Source: Caecitellus pseudoparvulus
Taxonomy: Eukaryota > Protista > Bigyra: Bicosoecida
Direction of reading: 5' to 3'
Length of the DNA stretch: 64,000 nucleotides
NCBI GenBank assembly: GCA_965644315.1
Contig: CBFFRQ010000034.1
Coordinates: forward strand, 124,001 to 188,000
How positions within the stretch are numbered: the stretch's first letter is position 1; each line of letters starts with the position of its first letter. The position numbers and the translations under genes are program-made. The notes beneath the pieces are model-generated. The model saw only the letters and a program-made list of their open reading frames with translations. It did no database searches and was not told the origin of the DNA. Positions 47,901 to 57,821 of this stretch are shown piece after piece.

Positions 47901-50900
47901 GCGGCGGGGGGAGCTCGTGCCTGGCGTGGAGCCGCCGGCCCCCTGGAAGGCGAACCAGGCCGTGCCGAACGCGACGGGGGCGGCTGGCGTGCCACCCTCC
48001 ATGCCGCCGCCTGCCCCGCCTGGGACAGTGGAGCCCCCCCCTCCACCCCCTGGCGCCACCAGCAGCTCATTGGTGAAGCTGAGGGAGTTAGACGCGCCAG
48101 ACGGCAGCAGAATGGCCGAGGCGTCACCGCCTGCAGCGGAAGCGGCCAGGGCCGAGTCAGCCACAGCGCCGTGCGTCGCCGCGGCTGCGGCGTTGACCCA
48201 CCCTGTCGCACTGCCCCCGACGTGCACGAAGAACACCTGCCCGGGCTGCACAGGCCGCATGGCACCGGCGTGGCCGCCGCCGCCCCCCAACGGCCCCACA
48301 CCGGTGCCAGCAGGCGACACCCACGCGCCCCCTGCGGCGCCCCAGGCCTTGAACGACAGCCACGCCGTGCCAGCCGGCACGGTGAAGGCACACGTGCTGG
48401 AGGGCTGTGTGAAGTGCCAGGTGGCGCCATCTGCCGCGGGCGGCACGTCGCAGGGCGGGATGGCTTCACACACCGCGGGAGCCGGGGCGGGGGCAGGGTC
48501 TTCCTCGTCCGCCCCCGCTGCCTTCTCAGGCGCCGGCACGAGGGGTTCCCCTGTCGCCAGTCCGGCGCCCTGCCACTGCACTCCGGGCGTGTCGTACCCC
48601 GGCACTGGCTGCGTGCAACCGGAGGTGCAGAAGCCAAAGAGAGACCCGCCACGCAAATGCTGGCCACTTGCTCGAGGGGCGGCCGTGTCCACCGCCAGCT
48701 TGGACGCGTCGCCGCCGTCCACGAACTGCCACCCAGCCGTGAAGGAGCGGAGGCGCAGGCCCAACCACAGCGCAGGCGCGTGCAGCACAGTGTCTGCCAT
48801 CCACTCCAGCTCCACTGCATCGTGTGGCGTCCACAGGTGGCTGTGGGGGCCGGCCGCAGCGCACACGGCCTCCGCATCAGCCATGTCGTCCGAGTCCACA
48901 TCGTGCAGCCGCAGGCAGGTGCCGGTGATGGGAGACCGCACCCACGAGCCATCGGGGCAGGGTGCGTGCTCGTAGCACAGCGTGTGGGCGCGCTCAAGAC
49001 AGCCCGTGTCAGCGGCTGCCGCGAGCATGCCCGCATCAAGCGGCGTCGCGCCTGAGGCCCAAGGGAGACTCTCGGCGCCACCCACAGTGAAGCACGACGC
49101 AGTGTTCTGGGAGGTCGTGGACGCAGAGGTCTGCACGCGCTGCCACTTGGACAGTGCCTCTGGTGCCCGCAGCAGGCGAGGCCACTGCACGTCAAACGTG
49201 CCGCTCTCACGCGCAGCGTCCAGCCACATGCCGGGGCCTGACGGCTCTCTGCGAAGGTACTGACCGGTCAGCCACGCGGCATCTCCCGCGTGGAAGAGAG
49301 TGGGCAGGCCTTCGCTGGAGCTGCGGGCATCGCAGGTCGCAGATGCGACCGCCTTGGTCACTTCGGTCGCCGTGTCCAGGTGGAAGCACGCGCCGGAGAC
49401 GGGGGAGATGATGCCGTCACAGCCGGGGTAGGCGGGGCGCGTGCAGAGGAAGTGCACGTGGGGATCGGTGGGGCCTGGAACCGCATCACAGGGCACAGGG
49501 ACCAACCGCCGGCTGTCGGCTTGGATGGCGGCACAGGCGCCAGAGTCCAGGTTGGCGGGTGCAGCACCGGCAGCCCACGCGTCAGCCGGCACTGCCGGGC
49601 CGGTGCCCCACACCCACTGGCCCTGCCCAGATGACCACTGTGCGCCAATGTGCATGAGCTGGGACCCCGCCACACCCTCTGGCCAGCGCAGCAGGTCCAG
49701 CCACAGCCCTGCAGGTCCCACGGCCGACGCCGTGAGCAACGGGGGTGCAGCCAGCGCCCCCCCAGCCTCGCGGGAGCAGGCAGCTTCTGCGCTGAACCAG
49801 GAGTGCCGGCGCTCAGGCCACCCCTCACTCCCCGCAGCGTACGGGCGCCAGCACTGTCCATCGCCTGGGTGTCGTGTGAAGCCGCCTGGACAGCCAGGCA
49901 GCACGGCACAGAGGGCCGCAGCACGGCGGTGGGCACAGGGGGCTGAGAACACTTTCCCTGTCGCGCCCAGAGCGACACAGGTCGGCCCGCTGGGCTCACC
50001 GTATGCGAACGGCGTGTCGCCTGCCGTGTCCTTCCAGGCAGGCCACTCCAGCCCACCGCCCCCACTGGTGTCCTGCGCCGCCGTCCAATACGCTGCCGCA
50101 CCGAAGGACTGCAGTGCCTCAGCCAGGGTGGGCAGCTCCTCCGCGATGGTGGGCCCAGACCACAGTGTGGCGCCTGGCCAGGCTGCCTGACAGGTGGCCA
50201 CCGCCTCCGGCTGGCTCAGCAGTGCGTCCTCCGCTCCCAGCACCGGCAAGACACAGGTCCCAGAGAGGGGAGAGCGGCTCCACCCGCCAGGGCACTGCGT
50301 GCCTGCGTGGAACTGCGCGAATGGCGCCGTGACTGGCGCCACCACAGGCATGGCCTGTGGCTGGGCGTGGCCCACCATGCACAGCGGCAGGGCAGTGTGG
50401 CTGCCACAAGACACGGACGCAATGGTGACCTGCCCAGCCTCCAGCGCAGTGCACAGGTCCGACGCACCGTCAGGCTGCCCCGCACTCCACAGGGGCGATG
50501 CAGGCGACAGCATGGGGTCTGACGCGGCACCCTCATCTGCGTGCCACTTGCCGGCAACTCGACTGCGCCAGCCCAGCCAGGCGCTGCCGCCGCCGCCCCA
50601 CACGCTCGCACGGGCCAGCAACCACTCTGCCTCCGCAGGGTTGGCCGCTGACGCCAGCTGCGCGCCAGGCACTGCGTCAGAGCACGCCTTCTGTGCGGCG
50701 AATCGAGACACGGCAGTGGCACCAGCAGGCACGCCATAGCACCTGCCGTTGGCGGGTGAGCGCTCAAAGCCAGCGGGGCAGGCGGGAGTTGTGGTTGGCA
50801 AGTCCATGTCCATGGCGCAAATGGTGCCGTAAGCACCTGACGGACCATGCACTGCGTGGATCACGCCGCCGCCCGCCGCGGCTGTGCCGGTCGGGGCGTT

Positions 50901-53900
50901 GTCCAGCCACAGCACAGCATAGTCGTCCAGAATGGCAGGCGTGCTCTGCCAGTGCGGCGCAGCGGCGTCCAACAGAGTGTGCGGGTCCACCGCAGACGCC
51001 GCGCCAAAGCGAGCCCCCCACTCGTACACTCCTTTGACCGCGTTCAGCTGTGCGCCGAGCCAGAAGGAGCCGTCCACCTTGTGCGCCTGGTCGATGACGA
51101 AGTGCATCTCCGCAGTCGAGGTGAAAGTGGCGGGGTAGCCTTTCACGCTGGCCTCCAGGCACTTTTGCGGTGCTTCGGAATGTGCCACAGCCTCCGTGGA
51201 CACGAAGAAACAGCGGTGGCTGTACGGGCTGGATGTCCACCCAGCAGGACACGACGTGAGGGGTTTCGGTACCTGGCACGCGACCGCGTCCACACTGACT
51301 GGCGTGTCTGCAGTTGTTGTGGCGGCATCACACGGAACGGCGAAAGCGGCTGAGTCACTGGCCACGACGCAGCGCTCAGTGTCTAACCCTCCTGGGTGCC
51401 CCCACTCTGGCGCTGACGCGTGCACGCCCCACACAGCGTCGTATGCCGACCCGTCCATCCACGCGAACATGCCAGTGCCAGGGTGCCGCAGCCCCCCCAC
51501 AAACGTGACGTCTGAGCCCAGCTCCGTGCGCAGCTGTCCGAACGAGGCAGCCGAGGTGCTTGCCAGGTCCACTTGCCCAGCCACCGTGCCATCCATGCCT
51601 GGCAGCCCATGGCACACGTCACGTGCCTCCTCTGCCGTCATGGAGCCTGCGACACTCTGCGTCTGTACGCACGAGTGCCCAGTGTCCACCGTTCCCACGG
51701 GGCACTGCCACGCAGATGGACCCAGGATATTTGCCGTACTTGAGGACGGGGCCTTGCACAGGGCCCCGACCTCACTGAGTGCGCAGCGCTTGGGGCTGGC
51801 CGCATACGCGGCAGCGTCACAGTCGCATTCGATGTCATTCACGCGGATGTCTCTGGGAGCAAGAGGGGGGGGGGGGGGGGCTGTGAAGGGGAGAAGAGCC
51901 CCCCTGGCGTAGGCAGCAAGACGCACGGAAAGTCTTTGCCAGTGGTGGTGAGGCAGTGCTGGCCTGTTGAACCTGCCCGGACTGTGTTGGTGGGGTTCGG
52001 GCCTTCCCACCAATTGGCCGGGTATGACCCACTCGTGCCCAGTTCAGACGTCACCCCTGGGAAGCGGTCATCGCCCCACACCCACGTGCCTTCTTCAGCT
52101 TCGTCAGTGGCGCCCAGCCAGCAGTACCCCCGTTCAGGAAGAGCGTTCCTGTGCAAGGAGAATGGGCAAAGTGCGAAGCGGTCAAGTAGAGTCAATCGGT
52201 GGGCGACCGTGACACGCCCAAAGCCGCGCAACTCACATGGAACACATGCCAAACAGGAACTCCAGCTCATCTGTGCTGCCCACTGTGGCTAGCTTTGCGG
52301 TGGCGTCAGCCGCGGCACACTCCACGTCACTGGACGGCTGATCCAGCCCCGCGGCGAGGAACTTGTAGCAGGCGGCAGGCTGGTTGCCAATGCTGGCGCG
52401 CACGAAGCCAGGAGGGCAGTCAGACGGCTGCAGCCTGCATGTGAACTGCTTCGGCGTGCCGCAGTCCGCGTCGGAGAGCTGGCCGTTGCTCTGCAGTGCA
52501 GCACAGTCTTCAGAGCCAGGGGCGCCGGACTCTGTGCGAGGGGGGGAGGGGTAAGTGCATGTGTGCAGGTGCCAGAGCAAAATGCGGCATTCAGGGTGAC
52601 GACGCACCCCAGCAACCCGAGTTGATCTGTGGTTCGCAAAAAGTCGTGCTGTGGCCGTCATGCCACGTCCAGAGGGGGGCAGATGTGGCCCGGCTCATGC
52701 CCACCCAGCACTGCGACAAGGGGAGAGGGGTAGCAGACACACGGTGCAAATCAGTAACGCGGGCATGGGTTGCACATCGCGCGTGCAGTGCCTCACATCT
52801 TGTCCAGTGCTGGCGCCCTGGCACAGTCCTGAGAGGAAGGTCTGCGTTGGGGACGTGAAGAAAGATACCATGTATCCGCCCTCGCCCTCACAGTGTGTCT
52901 GCGCGTCGGCAAAGGTCTTCGCCTCCGGCACGTGCTTGAAGCAGCCGACATCTCCCACGCCGTCGTCGTTGAAGGTCCAGCCCGCGGGGCAGACGATTCC
53001 CGCCCCGTCGCTGCCTGAGCAACCAGCCGTGGAAAGGCCTGTCGTGTCCCCAAAGCGCCCCTGGGGACACGCTGAGCACGCAGTCTGCCCAGGCGCATCC
53101 TGGTACTTGCCCACTTCGCTGTGTGGGGCAGTTTGGTGTGCGAGGCGTGACGAGGCTGCGATCGCAGCAGAGCATGTGTCGAACTCACCAGGCTGTGCAC
53201 ACCTCAGTGCCGGGTGTGTCCGAGTAGTACCCGGGGGGACACTCAGTGCAGGCGTCATTCAAACCAATGTACCACCCCGCGAAGCACGCTTCACAGGCTG
53301 TGGCTCCTGGGTTGGACGTTGTGGCAGCGGGACACCTGCGCGAGAGAGCAGCAGACCCCATGGCTGATGCTCGGTCAGCTGTGCGTAGAAGCACGACAAG
53401 CTCAGACGCACGATTCACAGGCTGTGGCACCTCCAATTTCCATGTACGTATCGGCGGGGCAATCGGTACACGAAGTTGCGCCGGTGGACGCTTGGAAGCG
53501 GCCTGCGGGAGTGCGGAAATTGACGCTCAAGCACACCCTCAACGCCTACGCGCGCGGGGTAACGCACCCGCAGCACACTGTCCACATGCTGACATCCCTG
53601 ATGAAGCTTGAAATGACCCTGTGGAGTAGGGGCAGTGAGGTGTCGCAGCGTATCCAAGGGGGAGCGTCGGTCAGGGAGCAATCGCAGCGTTTCGCACACA
53701 CCAGCATCGCAGTCTGTGCACTCTGTGGACTTCTCGACGGCGGAGAACTTGCCTGCAGGACGGGACGAAACATGTGAACGCTAGACGCCATATTCGCAGT
53801 ACATCCCTGACGACTCACCGCTGGCACAGTCGTGGCAGTGGTCACCGTCGCCGTATGTGCCGCGAGGGCAGTCCAGGCATGTGGTCGAGGGCAGATCGAA

Positions 53901-54256
53901 CTGCTGCCCGGCATCACACAGCTGCAACTTGCGTGCACTGAGAGGATGCCCTGTATTCGCATCACTGCGGAGGAGAAGGAGGCTTCGTTTGCCCTTGGCA
54001 GGGCGGAAGCCTGAGGCTTGGCAGGGGGAACGCACTTTTCCAGCCGCCTGTCCAAGGCGCCGCTGGCTACGGCAGTGCGAAGAAGAAGGGCAATGACAAG
54101 CACAATGGGGAGCATGCCGGCTCGCCCATAGAGCCGTGGAGCCTCCTGGGCTTCCCTGTGGGAAGGCATTGCAGGGACCCCGCTACGCCGCTGTTGCAGG
54201 CGACGCGGCGTCTCAACTTTGGCAGGGTCTGCTGTCCCCTGTGCTGCTGCATTCAT
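35940..54256 (-). CDS. Giant secreted lectin-like protein (~5,800-5,900 aa): GCC2/GCC3 Cys repeats, ~12 C-type lectin-like domains, two Gly-rich domains, CDDGxxC Cys repeats, long array of Fn3-like DxTPP repeats
   Basis: Start at ATG 54256 or 54115 (MLPIVLVIALLL, signal-like). Ten short phase-compatible GT..AG introns between 54035 and 51853 give CPRGTY/CPPGYY/CPQGRF repeats and two CTLDs. The terminal exon 51852-35940 corresponds to the 5357-aa ORF. CTLD signatures: CPxGW..C, AxxxC, WLG, QPD/EPS. Gly-rich domains start WGAAGG and WGAGGG. Fn3-like repeats: DxTPP-G-V-DG...W.GF.D.ES...Y. No C-terminal TM segment seen. Confidence 0.88.
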
Positions 54257-54843
54257 CTTGCTGACGACACAACCGGAGGAAAACACCAACAGCGCACTTT
54301 AAGCGCGGCAGTTATTGCCGTGGGTGGCCGAGTCACAGGAGCTGGCTGGCCCGTGTGCGAGGGTGGTGCAGTGCGGCACGCGCTGATGGAAGCGTTCACC
54401 TGCCCGACCAACAGACACCCTGCTGGAGGAACTAGCCTGCCCACGGCTCGCTCAAGCAAGTCGTGTAGCAGCTGCCGTGTTGTGGGCGATGCGGTGCGCA
54501 CGTTTGGCCAGCGTCTGCTGACAAGCGTGGGTTGGTGAAGTTAGGCCGCCGGCGGCAATTGCGCTGCTCCGTGATGCGTCAGGGGTGCTCCAGGTCAGGC
54601 CGCGGGAGTGACTGACACTGCGACGCAGGACCCATTACACACCACACTCAGTGCAAGCTGAGTTCTACCCTCACTCTCACGCAAAGACGCGCTCGCGCTG
54701 ACGTTAGCGTGCGTTCAGTGCGCCGGTGCCGTGTTCGAGTGTGGGAGGACAGCGGAAAGGCGCTGGGCGCGTTTGCTGCCAGCTGCCTCAGGCGCGCTCG
54801 CCATACCCAGGCCGCGTGCACGCGCTGTAGCCAACCAACTGCA
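54257..54843. promoter_or_regulatory. Putative bidirectional promoter between the lectin gene and LLT copy R
   Basis: The two giant genes start head-to-head ~590 bp apart. About 530 bp of this spacer is duplicated upstream of copy L. Inferred from layout only. Confidence 0.5.
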
Positions 54844-57821
54844 ATGAACATACTGAATCGCCTTCCACTGGCGCTCCTGGCGTGCTGCTGCCTTCTGTGG
54901 GCAGCGCAGGGCGTGGAAGTGTACGAGTGGAACTTGAGACACGCAGGCAGGCACGGCGGCAGCGGGGCAGGAGGTTCCGCCTTTGGCTTGTCGTGCCTGT
55001 GGGGCAGGAGCTCCAGCGTCGTGGACGGACACGATTCCCCTACATCCCCTCCCGGCCTGGAGCTGTTCATGGCCCGGGAGTGTGTGCCGTTGAAGCGTCA
55101 GAGTGCTTCGCAGTGGGCTCGTGTGTCGGATCCAGACGGCTCCTTCGAGGGGCGCCCTGATGAAGAGCTGCCCCTGGTCGCGTGGCGTGCAGGGAACGGC
55201 CACGTGACGCTCATGGGGCACGAAGATGAGCGAGTACAGAGCTTGAACATGTGCGTGCTGCGAGAGGGGGCGGCGCAGGGAAGGGGCGATGCCACACCAT
55301 CTCCCTGCCTGCACGCGCCGTCATGCACTGCACCACGTTTCGTTCGCACTTGCGCAGGAAGCGAGGGCTGCTGGCCTCCATGCAGGTGTCCCTGCCCGAG
55401 ACCTTTGTGGCTGGCCAGACGTGGTCCGCGGAGGAGATGTGCGACGTGGGGCTCGGCGTGTGGCAGTACCGTGTCGTGGCAGGCGAGGCGCAGGGTTCCT
55501 CTGCCACGGTGGTGAAGGCGCTGGACCAGAGTGCCTTGCGCCCAGGCAAGAACGTACACGATGGCATGTTGTTGGCCAAGGAGTTTACGTACGAGTTGGT
55601 CCGGTCGGCGGCGGGGCAGTGGCGCATCGTGTCGGGGCGTGCCACGGTCAGCGCTTCTGCTGAGATGCCGCACTCGGCTCGAGACAGTCACGGAGGCGAT
55701 CGACCCCACCACGTCTTTGACAACCACGGCGTGGACGAGGCAGCGACGGGGGACATCATGCAGCCGTGGACGATGACCATTGACTTCACCCTGCTGCACT
55801 CGGACGACGTGGAGCTGGCAGGGCGGGTTCCCGAGGAACGGGCGTTTCACGCCGTGCCTGCGGATTTCGTGCACCAGCTTGCTGGCGCCGTGACGCTGCT
55901 GCCGCACGAGCTGGCGGCAGGGGCACGCCGCCTGCATGCGCCTCACCTGGATGATGCACATGGCTCGGGCATGCACCCCGCTGAGCTGGCAGTGGACAAC
56001 TCTGACATGGAGGAGGCAGTGCCTGAGAGCTTGCGCCCTCACATCGCCGGCGTGATGGCTGGCTTGATCGACGCGGGGTACTACGTCGAGTGCTTCAGCC
56101 GCGGCGGGCAGAAGGGCGCGCCCTCTCGCCCACCACGGCATGCTGCTGAAGCCTCGGCCAGCAACCCAGACGCCCTCGCCTCGCCTGCCGAGTGTGCGAC
56201 ACAGCTGCCGCTGGCCATGCGGCTGTCTTCGGACCTGAAGGCGCAGGTGCTGGGCCTGGTGGCGTCCCACAAGGACTTCCTGCCCCTGCCCGCCACCGTG
56301 CAACACTCCCTGCTGGGGGGTGTTGCAGCGCTGGGTGACGCGCCGTGCCAGGATGTCCTGGTGGGGCTGCTGGAGGATCGGTGGGTCATGGACGGCGCCA
56401 GCGAGGAGCTGGTGAACCACATCGCCCTCGCCCTCATGCACCTGGACAAGCCCTCCGACAGCACCCTGCACCGCCTGCTGGCAGTGCTGGATGCCGAGGA
56501 GGTGGACTGGTACCACCGCTCTCGCTTGCTGCTGGCACTGGGCGCCATGGGCTCCACGCTGCCGCCTGGTTCCCCCATGCACACTGAAGTGTTGCGAGCT
56601 CTGGACGACGAGTGGACCATCCTGCACACTCTGCATGGGCACGCCGAGGCGTCTTGGGCAGTGTATGAGCAAGGGGCGCAGGACATCATGGATCGCATGT
56701 CCGTGTCTGAGCTTGGGCGGTGGGTGGTGGGGCTGCGGCACTGGGCTGATCCCCGTGCTGCGGCAGAAGCCTGGGAGCACGCCACCCCTGCCCAGCGGTC
56801 CAGCTGGACAGAGGACTTGAAACAGACCCTGGCTTCCGAGCTGAAACTAGCAGATGAAGCGGCTGCACGAGATGCACAGCTGCAGGATGCAGCAGCTGCC
56901 GCCTGCTCCGATGCCGCCGTGCTGGGCGCTGCCGAGGCGTCCTTCATGGCTGGGCGGCGTCTGGGCGAACACGCGTCCAACGCCAGTCGCGCGCTGTTGT
57001 CTCGCAGCATCCAGTCCCTGTGCCAGGACACTGTGCGGCGGGAGATGCAGGCTTCTGGCGTGCGCCACGCAGCGGCAGGGGGCGGGGCGCTGGGCCCTGA
57101 CCCCGTCGCCGCTGCCCGGGCAGCACGGGGCGTGGAGGACCCCCTGCAGCGGGCCGCTGAGGGGCTGCCTGACGCGGCCCATGCTGCGTCTGGGCTCGTC
57201 ACGCTCATGCACGCGTACGGCAACATGCGCGTGGAGGGGCGGCAGGAGCGGGTGCTGCCTTTCCTCACACACTCCAAGCGCACCCTGCGCCGGCACGCTT
57301 TCAGCGTCCTGGAGCACTGGACTGCTCTGGCCATCAACGTGGAAGAGGTGCTGGTGGAGACGCTGGTGGCTGAGGACTCTGACGAGGCCATGCGTGCTCA
57401 CGCCGTGGCAGCGCTGGAGGCCATCCCCGCTGGGCGCCTGACGCCTGCCACGACAGCCACTCTGGCAGGCATGCTGGAAGCTGGCTCCCTGCGCAACTGG
57501 GAGGACTGCGTGGACCTGTGCACAGCGCCTTGTGTGCATCGCTCCCTGGACCGCTGCGACCGCCAGTGCCGCACGCAGTGCACCCACGACCAGGCCATGG
57601 CGCAGAGCGTCGCACGTGTCCTGGCCAAGCACCTCCCTGCGCCCGATGCCAACGCGCCACTGCACGCTGACGAGCTGGTGCAGGCTGCCTCTGTGCCTGC
57701 TCGGCGTGCAGAGGCCATGCAGGGTCGGGTGGCGGCCTGGACTGGCTCGCCAGCACTGGGCTCCCGGGTCTTGGCTGCTCGACGCAGTCTGACCTCCATC
57801 TGGGAGCGCATCTTGGAGGTG
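54315..57821 (+). repeat. Right arm of ~3.5-kb near-identical inverted repeat (partner 14413-17922)
   Basis: See left arm. Coordinate sums are constant (72237 upstream of the intron indel, 72234 downstream). Confidence 0.95.

Noticed and set aside
51853-52013. ORF-track start of the 5357-aa protein (MVGRPEPH...)
   Set aside because: This reads through intron 10 and an out-of-frame part of the previous exon. The real gene begins ~2.2 kb upstream with a signal peptide.
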